From assembly GCA_963702845.1 (NCBI GenBank), contig OY969763.1, positions 2,272,001 through 2,336,000 on the forward strand: a stretch of DNA of 64,000 bases, in the 5' to 3' direction. A program made the position numbers and the translations under genes. This DNA is from an uncultured Verrucomicrobiae bacterium. Lineage in GTDB: Bacteria; Verrucomicrobiota; Verrucomicrobiia; Limisphaerales; Palsa-1400. Under the pieces are notes generated by a model. The model saw only the letters and a program-made list of their open reading frames with translations, ran no database searches and was not told the origin of the DNA. Below, piece by piece: positions 28,243 through 36,390 of the stretch; position 1 is the stretch's first letter; every line of letters begins with the position of its first letter.

Positions 28243-28420
28243 TGGATACACCCCCGGATTCGAAAGCACCCAGAACCCCAAATGCTATTGACTGGAGTAA
28301 TGGTGATGCCTACGGTTTTCGCATGCTAATGAAACAAGGAAACCTTTCCACCTTTAACGTTCACTTATGACATTAGGCGGAAAGAAGGATTACATCATAA
28401 TATAGTTGGGCTTGAAATCC

Positions 28421-28969
28421 ATGACCCCGGACGAGTTCAAAAATCAGTGGGAACGCGAGCAGATGTCGCAACTTGTGCGATATCCTCGCAGCGTTGTTCT
28501 GGAGCTTTCTATTCCAGAAGAAGCGAAGTCATTTCTAACGGATATTGGTCTTCCAATGAGCGCAGCTCCATTTCTTGATTTCGGCGGATCATCTCACATT
28601 TCCATTCCGACCGTGACCGAGGTTTGGAAAGCTGGTCAACGTCGATTCCGCATCATTGGTTCGAATGGCTATGGAGATCCAGTTTGTGTCGACACAGAAT
28701 CTGCTGGCCGCGTTTTTTACCTGCTTCATGAAGATGAGATGACTCCTCGCTTTATGAATTCATCGATTCCTCAATTAGCCTATTCGCTTCTCGCGTTTCG
28801 TCAGGTTGTCGCCGACACGAACGCGATTGGCGGGAAAGACGCTTACCTTGAAGGGCGCATTCCATCCAAGGTTGTCGACCGGTTCATAACTGAGATGGAG
28901 TCGATCGATCCACCCGCCATTTCGTCGGAGCATTTTTGGTTTCACTCCATCGTTGGAGAGGGAATCTGA
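28421..28969 (+). CDS. SUKH-4 family immunity protein
   Basis: SFLTDIGLP, IIGSNGYGDPVCVD..GRV, FMNSSIPQL, IDPPA...FW. Confidence 0.75.
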   Translation: MTPDEFKNQWEREQMSQLVRYPRSVVLELSIPEEAKSFLTDIGLPMSAAPFLDFGGSSHISIPTVTEVWKAGQRRFRIIGSNGYGDPVCVDTESAGRVFYLLHEDEMTPRFMNSSIPQLAYSLLAFRQVVADTNAIGGKDAYLEGRIPSKVVDRFITEMESIDPPAISSEHFWFHSIVGEGI

Positions 28970-28981
28970 CGGCATGCAAAA

Positions 28982-29074
28982 GCCCAACAAACCAGATGTA
29001 GCGAACCCGGCGATGGCGCTCTGGTTGACCATCGAAGATCAGTGGCGCCGGGTTGCTGATGCTCGTCGTCTCCC
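28982..29074 (+). repeat. attC-like site (right core degenerate)
   Basis: GCCCAAC (RYYYAAC); AGCGAACCCGGCG pairs with CGCCGGGTTGCT leaving one bulge. Confidence 0.7.
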
Positions 29075-29704
29075 ATGACATCACTTCCCCCCATTCCAGA
29101 CCTCCTACGCCTCACCAAGGCTTTAGCGGCGCTGGACCTGATTCTGTCGCCAGAGTGGGAGTATCGATATTATTCATTCAATGCCGTTTGGTCCCCTTCC
29201 GAGCAGATGGCGAGCATGCGGGATGGTTGTGGCGACGAATGGTGGCTCGTTTTCCACACCAATGGTTGGGCCGCTCTCAAGGGACTGGCTCACGAATCCG
29301 AAGCCTGGTCGAAAGGTGGGAATAAACTTTCCGCTGCACTTCAAGCAGCCATGCCGCCTGACGTGGCCGACTTTGCGAGAGAGCCTGCGTTCCGTTGGGA
29401 CTCCACCAGTTTTGCCTACTTCTATCTTTCCTCCAAACCGCAATGGTGCAGAGCGAACGATCTCACGACCTTCGCCACCTTGGACGCCGGGGAGAATGAA
29501 CTGCTTCGACACTTGTCCGGCACTCCATCGGACTACGCATCATTTGCCACTGACTACTACGAGAAATCGGTGCCCGTAGATGCCGTAGCGGAGATATTCC
29601 GGCACACCCCGATTACCGACCAGCTGGTGTCATCTCTCAACTCAGACGTCACCCTTAAAGACATTACCGATGAGCTTCATAATGAGATCGGATACCCGCA
29701 CTGA
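29075..29704 (+). CDS. Hypothetical protein (cassette gene)
   Basis: 209-aa ORF starting immediately after attC; LDLILSPEWEYRYYSF...MRDGCGD. Confidence 0.75.
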   Translation: MTSLPPIPDLLRLTKALAALDLILSPEWEYRYYSFNAVWSPSEQMASMRDGCGDEWWLVFHTNGWAALKGLAHESEAWSKGGNKLSAALQAAMPPDVADFAREPAFRWDSTSFAYFYLSSKPQWCRANDLTTFATLDAGENELLRHLSGTPSDYASFATDYYEKSVPVDAVAEIFRHTPITDQLVSSLNSDVTLKDITDELHNEIGYPH

Positions 29705-29711
29705 TTAAAAG

Positions 29712-29739
29712 GCTATCGGATACAAGCAAGTCGTTGAAC
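29712..29739 (+). repeat. 28-bp direct repeat of a miaA internal segment
   Basis: 26/28 identical to 28016-28043. Confidence 0.8.
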
Positions 29740-29888
29740 GTACTTTAAAAGTTCTCCTTCGCCCTCTTCGCAACCTTCGCCCCCCTTCGCGCGAAATCCC
29801 ACTTTCAACCAATTTATTTTTCGCCAAAACTCCTATTTCCCAGCCAACTCACTCAGTAGCAGCAACTAACACAAATTATGTAATATTT

Positions 29889-29915
29889 TCACTTGGACAG
29901 TCTTTGTCCAAGTGA
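29889..29915. promoter_or_regulatory. Perfect 11-bp inverted repeat, candidate operator
   Basis: TCACTTGGACA-gtctt-TGTCCAAGTGA, ending 37 nt upstream of ATG 29953. Confidence 0.55.
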
Positions 29916-29952
29916 CGGCGCTACACTCATCTGAAATAAATAAAGATGAGTT

Positions 29953-30618
29953 ATGAATAACGAACCTATTTCGACAATTGCGACCCGCGAGGCAGCGCCG
30001 GAAACTCCCATCCCATCCAAACCCCGTAAGCCTCGCGTTCTCCCTAGCAAGATATCCGAGCTCCCGTCGGACCTTCGTACACTTGTGAACGAATCCCTTT
30101 ACAACCATGTTCCATACCCAAAAATAATCGAACTCCTCGCCCAAAAAGGTCATCCCGGCTTCAACCGTTCCAACATCAGCCGCTGGAAAAAGATTGGCTA
30201 CGAGGAGTGGCTTTTGCACCAGCAGCGCATCCAATCCGTCTGCCTCAAGGTCGACGACGTTCACAAACACATCGACAAATTCGGCGCACAAGGTGTCGAC
30301 CAATGCGACCGCCTGAACAAAATCTATCTCGCCGCCCACATCACTCAAACGATTCAAGGCTTCGATCCCAACATGCTTGTCGGCGATATCAACAAAAAAC
30401 CCTCACGCTTCTACAAACTCGCTCGCATCATCAACACCCAATCCCTCGAGCGCCAGCGTCAGGAAAAAATCGACCTCATCCGCGAAAAATTCTCCGCCGC
30501 CCAACCCACTGGCCCCACCGCAGCCGGTGAACAAGCTGTCAGACTCGCCTTCGGCATCCCCGACTCCTGGTCGCCGTCTGGCACCCGAAACACCGTAACG
30601 CAAAATCACGGGTCATAA
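29953..30618 (+). CDS. HTH protein, DUF3486/Mu gp27-like putative small terminase
   Basis: SKISELPSDLRTLVNESL...YPKIIELL...NRSNISRW HTH pattern; immediately upstream of the large terminase. Confidence 0.6.
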   Translation: MNNEPISTIATREAAPETPIPSKPRKPRVLPSKISELPSDLRTLVNESLYNHVPYPKIIELLAQKGHPGFNRSNISRWKKIGYEEWLLHQQRIQSVCLKVDDVHKHIDKFGAQGVDQCDRLNKIYLAAHITQTIQGFDPNMLVGDINKKPSRFYKLARIINTQSLERQRQEKIDLIREKFSAAQPTGPTAAGEQAVRLAFGIPDSWSPSGTRNTVTQNHGS

Positions 30619-30700
30619 CGGCTCATAACGGCTCATAACGGCTCATAACGGCTCATAACGGCTCATAACGGCTCATAACGCTTTATAACGCTTTATAACG
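30611..30700 (+). repeat. Tandem array of nine 10-bp units
   Basis: GGTCATAACG, (GCTCATAACG)x6, (CTTTATAACG)x2. Confidence 0.95.
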
Positions 30701-30722
30701 CCAAAAAATAAAAAAATTATTT

Positions 30723-32207
30723 ATGAAAACCACAAATCAACTAAACACACTCACATCCTTCCTCGCCAAACAAGCAGTGCTGGCCGCCGCCAACTTCATC
30801 GGCAAAGCCAAAATCCGCCCCACCGGCTACTTCCTTCCCACACAAGCCAAGTGGGTCTTTGACAATTCCCCGCGCAAATTTTGCGTCAAAGGCCGCCAAC
30901 TCGGCTGGTCCAAATTCACCATGTTCCGCCACACCTTCAACCTCGGTTACGGCCCGCGCAACATCGACACCTGGGTGAGCAGCACCGACCAAACCCAGGC
31001 TGGCCTTCTCGTCGAAGACGTCGTTTGGTGCGCCGACCTCTTCCAATTCAGCGGCTTCGGCGATCGCCTCATCAAATCCATCTCCCAAGACTGCGTCCAC
31101 TTCACCAACGGCAACCGCATCCACTCCCTCTCCTCCAATCCCAACGCTCAAGCCGGCAAACGCGGCAACCGCGTCCTCGACGAATTCGCCCTCCACGAAC
31201 AACAGGAAAAACTCCTCGCCATCGCCATGCCCGGCACCGACTGGAGCGGCGACGTCGAAATCTTTTCCACCCCACGCGGCACCAACACCCAATTCCATCG
31301 CCTCATGATGGAGATCGAACACAACGCCAACCCGCGCGGCTTCAGCTACTACAAATACACCCTCCAAAACTTCCTCGACGAAGGCGGCCTCTACAAAATC
31401 CAATGCGCCCTCCCGCACAACCATCACGTCCAACAAATGGACGAAGCCCAATACTTCGACTACAAACGAATCGAATGCGGTGACCAGGAAGTTTTCAACC
31501 AGGAATACATGTGCGTCTCCACCGACGAAGCCACCGCCTTCCTTAGCTACGACCTCATCACCGCCGCCGAATATCCATTGAATTCCTCCTCGTCCACGAA
31601 TGAGGTGCCTTCCAATCCGCAATCCGAAATCCCCAATTCGCAATCATCCACCTGGTCCTGCGACCCCTCCACCCTCTCCAAAGACTCCGAACTCTTCATC
31701 GGCGTCGACATTGGCCGCGACAAAGACCTGACCGCAATCTGGGTCCTGGACAAACGCGGCAGCACCTATCACACCGTCGCAATCCAAATCTTCGACAAAG
31801 AACCCTTCGAAAAACAAGAAGCCGCCCTTTACGAACTCCTCGCCTTACCACAAGTCAAACGTTGCTGCATCGACCAAACCGGCATCGGCCGCCAATTCAC
31901 CGAACGCGCCCAACAAAAATTCGGTAAATACAAAGTCGAAGGCGTCACCTTTACTCAGGCCATGAAAGAAGAACTAGCGTACCCAGTGCGCATGGCCTTC
32001 GAAGACCGCACCATAAAAATCCCAAGCTCCCCCGAAATCCGCGCCGACCTTCGCGCCATAAAAAAAGAGCCGACGAGCAGCGGCAACGTCCGCTTCACCT
32101 CCGACCGCGGCGAAGCCGGCCACTCCGACCGCTTCTGGGCTCTGTCCTTGGCCGTGCGCGCCACCAAACAAAAACACCAACCCCTGGAAATCACCCTCGG
32201 CTACTAA
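30723..32207 (+). CDS. Phage terminase large subunit (Mu gp28-like)
   Basis: KGRQLGWS Walker A, VLDEFA Walker B, STPRG, IGVDIGR, IDQTGIG, GHSDRFWALSLA. Confidence 0.9.
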   Translation: MKTTNQLNTLTSFLAKQAVLAAANFIGKAKIRPTGYFLPTQAKWVFDNSPRKFCVKGRQLGWSKFTMFRHTFNLGYGPRNIDTWVSSTDQTQAGLLVEDVVWCADLFQFSGFGDRLIKSISQDCVHFTNGNRIHSLSSNPNAQAGKRGNRVLDEFALHEQQEKLLAIAMPGTDWSGDVEIFSTPRGTNTQFHRLMMEIEHNANPRGFSYYKYTLQNFLDEGGLYKIQCALPHNHHVQQMDEAQYFDYKRIECGDQEVFNQEYMCVSTDEATAFLSYDLITAAEYPLNSSSSTNEVPSNPQSEIPNSQSSTWSCDPSTLSKDSELFIGVDIGRDKDLTAIWVLDKRGSTYHTVAIQIFDKEPFEKQEAALYELLALPQVKRCCIDQTGIGRQFTERAQQKFGKYKVEGVTFTQAMKEELAYPVRMAFEDRTIKIPSSPEIRADLRAIKKEPTSSGNVRFTSDRGEAGHSDRFWALSLAVRATKQKHQPLEITLGY

Positions 32208-32480
32208 CCGTGCCGCAGACTTCCAAGTCTGCCGTATCGCAGGTTTCCAAACCTGCGTCGCGTTGAACCATATGAACCCATTAAAAACATCTCCGCATCA
32301 AACCACGCGAAGCGTCTTGGACTGCGCCAGCCCTCTGGCGCTTTCACCAACGCGTGTCGCTCTTCACCTTCCCCTCCGCATCCTTGGTGTCTTGGTGGTT
32401 CAAACTCTTTCCATTTTCCATATCCGTTCCGTGTTCGTCCGTGCCGCTTTCAAATTTCAAATCTGAAATTTCCAATTCAT
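32206..32480. repeat. Mosaic of several host repeat families
   Basis: Copies shared with 26226 and 28204; cttggtgtcttggtggttc; tttcaaatttcaaatctgaaatt. Confidence 0.75.
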
Positions 32481-32494
32481 AACTCCCAAGTCCC

Positions 32495-33865
32495 ATGAAT
32501 CCATTCCAAACAATCACCAAAACTTTGAAAAACTTCATCGGCCTCGAAACCAAATCGACCCCACCCCTCCAAGCCTGGGTCAATGGCGACGACCTCGACG
32601 CGCCAAAAACTAGACTCATCGATCCCTACGGCCAGAGCCCTTGGATCTACATCGCCATCTCCGTCCTTGGCGAAAACCTCGCCCACATTCCATTCCGCAT
32701 CTCCCGCAGCAAACGCGGCGCCGACGATGTCATCGAATCCGGCCCCATCATCGACCTATTCGAAAATCCACATCCCAGCCTCACGCGCACATTGTTCTGG
32801 CAAACCTTGGTAAGCTGGGAAGCCCTCCGCGGCGAATTCTTCATTTTGCCTTTGGATAAGAGTGATCGCCCGATGTCATTGAACGGCCCGCGCAGCGCGA
32901 CGGGCCCTACCTCTTTGCTGCCGTTGAATCCGGACCACTTCCAACACATCGTCCACGGCAACAATCTGAGCGGCTGGCGCTACAACTGCCACGCCCCACA
33001 ACAACCAATCCAATCCCAGGTCCTGCTGCCCGAAGAAGTCATCCACTCCCGCAACTTCAACCCATACCTATTCTGGCGCGGCCTCTCGCCATTAACCGTC
33101 GCGCTATTGCCTGCCACCGCCGACTACGCCGCCGCCCAATTCATGAAAGGCGTCATGCTCAACAACGGCGACGCCGGCCTCATTGTCACCACACCTGACA
33201 TGCTCACCCCTGAACAAAAAGACCAACTACAAGCCTCACTCCAAAACCGCAAACGCGCCGTCGGCACCGCCGATAGACCGGCCTTCCTCTGGGGCAACGC
33301 CAAAATCGACAAACCGATGATCTCATCCGTCGATCTACAATTCATGGAAAACCGCCGCCTCAACCGCCAGGAAATTGGCGCGATCTACAAAGTCCCGGAA
33401 TCCATGATGGGCTTCACCGACAACAAAAGCGCGCTCAGCGCCGGCAGCAGCGTCGAGCAAGATCGCCTCAACTTCATCGAGAGCACCATGACCGGCATCT
33501 GCCGCCGACTCGAAGCCGCCATCGATCCCATCATCAAATCCTTCGGTGCAGACCTCTATGGCTGGTTCGATCTGGAAAGTTTGCCCATCATGCAAACCGC
33601 CCGCCGCCAACGCATCCAAAGCGCGAGCAACGCCTTCGCCATGGGCGTCCCCTTCAACGCCGTCAACCGGGTCTACCAACTCGGCTTCCCCAATTTCCCC
33701 TGGGGCAACGACGCCTACTTGCCAACGAATGTGCAAAGGGTCGGCAACTGGGTGCAGCCTCGTAAATTTGTAGGAGACGAGGTGACGAGGCGGACGGACG
33801 GCATCACCTACGGCGAGCAAGCGACAACAAAGCTTTTGGAATTGCTGGAAAGGAACGCGAAATGA
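32495..33865 (+). CDS. Phage portal protein (HK97 family)
   Basis: PWIYIAISVL, EEVIHSRNFNP...RGLSPL, DLQFMENRRLNRQEIGAIYKVP. Confidence 0.88.
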   Translation: MNPFQTITKTLKNFIGLETKSTPPLQAWVNGDDLDAPKTRLIDPYGQSPWIYIAISVLGENLAHIPFRISRSKRGADDVIESGPIIDLFENPHPSLTRTLFWQTLVSWEALRGEFFILPLDKSDRPMSLNGPRSATGPTSLLPLNPDHFQHIVHGNNLSGWRYNCHAPQQPIQSQVLLPEEVIHSRNFNPYLFWRGLSPLTVALLPATADYAAAQFMKGVMLNNGDAGLIVTTPDMLTPEQKDQLQASLQNRKRAVGTADRPAFLWGNAKIDKPMISSVDLQFMENRRLNRQEIGAIYKVPESMMGFTDNKSALSAGSSVEQDRLNFIESTMTGICRRLEAAIDPIIKSFGADLYGWFDLESLPIMQTARRQRIQSASNAFAMGVPFNAVNRVYQLGFPNFPWGNDAYLPTNVQRVGNWVQPRKFVGDEVTRRTDGITYGEQATTKLLELLERNAK

Positions 33866-33930
33866 TTTCAGCCACCGATGAAACACGGATTTTTATGAAG
33901 ATGAATGGAAACGAACCGGCACAGAAGACG

Positions 33931-34908
33931 TCAATTCTGACGCGCGCGAGCACGCTTCCTTTGAATGTACGCGGGGTCATTAGTAACGAGGTCCGGCGCC
34001 ATCTTCTCAGCATAGTTTGTGACCAGAACCCTGACACGCTCTTTTGGGTCAATCAGCCCTTGGCGAACGAGATCTTTAGGAATCGGCTCATGCTCGCTCA
34101 GGAACCACAAACCGTAGTAGCCAGCGAAGCGATTAGAATCATTTGTCGACGCAACATAATTAGTCAAAACAGACATTACTTTTTCAGGAGCGACGCCCAG
34201 TCTTCCCGCGCTCCACGCTGCGAGATGCGCAAACTGATCATTCGTGCTCTGCGCAATGCTCAAAAGGACTGGCACTGCCGGCATAGCGTTCGTACCCAAA
34301 TAGTGCATTTGACCGATCGCTTTGATGGCTTCAATCCGGTGAAGGTTGTTAGGGCCGCCAGCCTGCACAAATGTGAGAAGAAAATCCAACGCCTGCGGAC
34401 CGAGATATTGCATAGCTTCAGCGTTCCTGCTTGCCTCCCCGTGATTAGTTGCCGCAATGAATGCGCGCTCAAGCTCAGGCAAAGCACTCACCGCATTCGT
34501 GCCAAGGATTTCGAAGCCCGAGGTGACAAGACCTTGATTCCGTTGGGGGCTCGCATGGTTGATCAGATATCTGATCCAGTCATATCGATAGTCGCGAGGC
34601 AGTTCAAAAAAACGCGTTCGTGTTGCCTTCAAAGTTTCGGAATCTTGTCCTCGATTCCACTTCAACAAGATAGGCACCGCATTACTGCCAATAGCGCGTA
34701 CTGCAGCAGCTGCTGCTATTGCCGTTCGGTTCGTGTACACGAAACCTCGATCGCCGATATCCAAGGAATGGTCGTGCAATATCAACCACTCACTCAACGT
34801 CCGCCCATTATAAGAAGGCTCCTTCTCGCGAAACCCGAAAAACCAAATCGCCAAAACTGCAATCAAACCACACAACGCGCAGAGCAAAATTTTCCACCGT
34901 CGCCTCAC
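33931..34908 (-). CDS. Membrane-anchored HEAT-repeat protein
   Basis: N-terminal TM, EPSYNGRTLSEW, repeated IGSNAVPIL / LGTNAMPAVPVL helical motifs. Confidence 0.8.
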   Translation of the reverse strand: MRRRWKILLCALCGLIAVLAIWFFGFREKEPSYNGRTLSEWLILHDHSLDIGDRGFVYTNRTAIAAAAAVRAIGSNAVPILLKWNRGQDSETLKATRTRFFELPRDYRYDWIRYLINHASPQRNQGLVTSGFEILGTNAVSALPELERAFIAATNHGEASRNAEAMQYLGPQALDFLLTFVQAGGPNNLHRIEAIKAIGQMHYLGTNAMPAVPVLLSIAQSTNDQFAHLAAWSAGRLGVAPEKVMSVLTNYVASTNDSNRFAGYYGLWFLSEHEPIPKDLVRQGLIDPKERVRVLVTNYAEKMAPDLVTNDPAYIQRKRARARQN

Positions 34909-34919
34909 ACCCCGAGCCT

Positions 34920-35010
34920 CTCAATTCAAAGTTCGATGATCAAGGTTCAATGTTCGGCGTTCGCTTTCACCTCCGCCCCCTTGGTGCCTTGGCCTCTTGG
35001 TGGTTCATTT
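34920..35010. repeat. Short-period intergenic repeats
   Basis: gttcgatgatcaaggttcaatgttcggcgttcg and cttggtgccttggcctcttggtggttc. Confidence 0.55.
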
Positions 35011-35088
35011 TGTTTCGATGACGCAAGTCACGCTCCCAACTCGAAAAGATTTGTTTTGAGGTCAGTTTTTCGGCATGTTCTGCGCTCC

Positions 35089-36390
35089 ATGCAACAAATC
35101 AATTTAGGCATGATTGGCGGCGGAACCGTGGGCAGTGGTGTGTATCACCACTTGCACAATAACGGTGCCCTGCTCGCCTCCCGCCTTGGCGTAAAAGTCG
35201 CCATGCGCAAGATTGCCGTCAAAGCTTTCGACGAACCTCGCCCTTACGAAATTCCCACGCCGTTGATGACTACCGACTGGCAGGAAGTCGTCAATGATCC
35301 GCAGATTCAAATCATCATCGAATTGATTGGCGGAACCGGTCTCGCGAAAACAATCATCCTGGCCGCACTGAAGCTGGGCAAACCCGTCATCACTGCAAAC
35401 AAAGCGTTGATTTCCGCGCACGGCGAAGAACTTTTTGCCGCAGCCGCAGCCTCCGGCACGAATTTATATTACGAAGCCAGCGTTTGCGGCGGCATTCCGA
35501 TCATCAAAGCGTTACGCGAAGGCTTTGTCGGCAATCGCATCACGCACATGTACGGAATCGTCAACGGCACGTGCAACTACATCCTCACGCGTATGAAGCT
35601 GGAAGGTTCGGATTTCGAACCGACCCTCAAAGACGCGCAAAAACTCGGTTACGCCGAAGCCAATCCTTCCCTGGACGTCGACGGCTTTGACGCAGAACAC
35701 AAGATCGGAATCCTCGCGTCACTCGCTCACGGTTTCTGGGTCAAGCCGGAGAAGATTTCCGTTGAAGGCATCGGTTCCGTTGGCAAAACGGACATCGAAT
35801 TTGCCGGTAAGCTTGGTTACACCATCAAACTGCTCGGCATCGTGAAGCTCATCGAAAAGCGCGGGATTCAGGTCTCGGTTTCTCCAACCCTGGTTCCAAA
35901 CACACACGTTCTCGCGAATGTGAATCAGGTATTCAACGCCGTGTTCGTCCGCGGCGATGTTGTTGGCGATACGCTTTTCTACGGACGCGGCGCAGGCAAA
36001 GACGCAACCGCAAGCGCCGTCCTCAGCGATATCGGTGATGCCGCCCTCGATCTTAAGCTCGGCACCAAACAACGCATCCCTCCATTTGTGCAAACCGATG
36101 GCCAGGGCGTAGTTTTGCCAGTCGACGAAGTCAGCTCGCGATACTATCTGCGTCTGAGCGTAGTCGACAAACCCGGCACACTCGCCCAAATCACGAGCCT
36201 TCTCGCCGACTCAAACATCGGCATTTCCTCCGTGATCCAGCCCGAAGGCCACGAAGCCGCCAGCGTCCCGCTGATTTTGATGACGCATGAAGCCCCCTAC
36301 GGCGCGATGAAGAAAGCCCTCGACGCCATCGCCAAGCTGCCGGTGATCAAATCCAAACCAGTCATGATGCGCGTGGAGACATTCGCCTGA
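35089..36390 (+). CDS. hom: Homoserine dehydrogenase
   Basis: GGGTVG, ITANKALI, YEASVCGGIPII, GIVNGTCNYIL, GRGAG, C-terminal ACT; start at ATG 35089. Confidence 0.95.
   Translation: MQQINLGMIGGGTVGSGVYHHLHNNGALLASRLGVKVAMRKIAVKAFDEPRPYEIPTPLMTTDWQEVVNDPQIQIIIELIGGTGLAKTIILAALKLGKPVITANKALISAHGEELFAAAAASGTNLYYEASVCGGIPIIKALREGFVGNRITHMYGIVNGTCNYILTRMKLEGSDFEPTLKDAQKLGYAEANPSLDVDGFDAEHKIGILASLAHGFWVKPEKISVEGIGSVGKTDIEFAGKLGYTIKLLGIVKLIEKRGIQVSVSPTLVPNTHVLANVNQVFNAVFVRGDVVGDTLFYGRGAGKDATASAVLSDIGDAALDLKLGTKQRIPPFVQTDGQGVVLPVDEVSSRYYLRLSVVDKPGTLAQITSLLADSNIGISSVIQPEGHEAASVPLILMTHEAPYGAMKKALDAIAKLPVIKSKPVMMRVETFA

Larger units (their letters stand above)
28405..29704 (+). mobile_element. Integrase-less integron cassette array B
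   Basis: GTTGGGC at 28405 complements GCCCAAC at 28982; attC-like palindrome between the two genes. Confidence 0.65.

Noticed and set aside
30611..30700. CRISPR array
   Set aside because: 10-bp head-to-tail units with no spacers, and no cas genes
30741..31643. Long alternative-frame and antisense ORFs in the terminase region
   Set aside because: Explained by extreme codon bias suppressing stop codons; no protein motifs
28200..34900. Complete prophage
   Set aside because: No integrase, capsid, protease, tail, lysis or replication genes are recognisable
33862..35088. 842-aa fusion with homoserine dehydrogenase
   Set aside because: The extension is the antisense of the HEAT-repeat gene plus repeats; Hom starts at 35089
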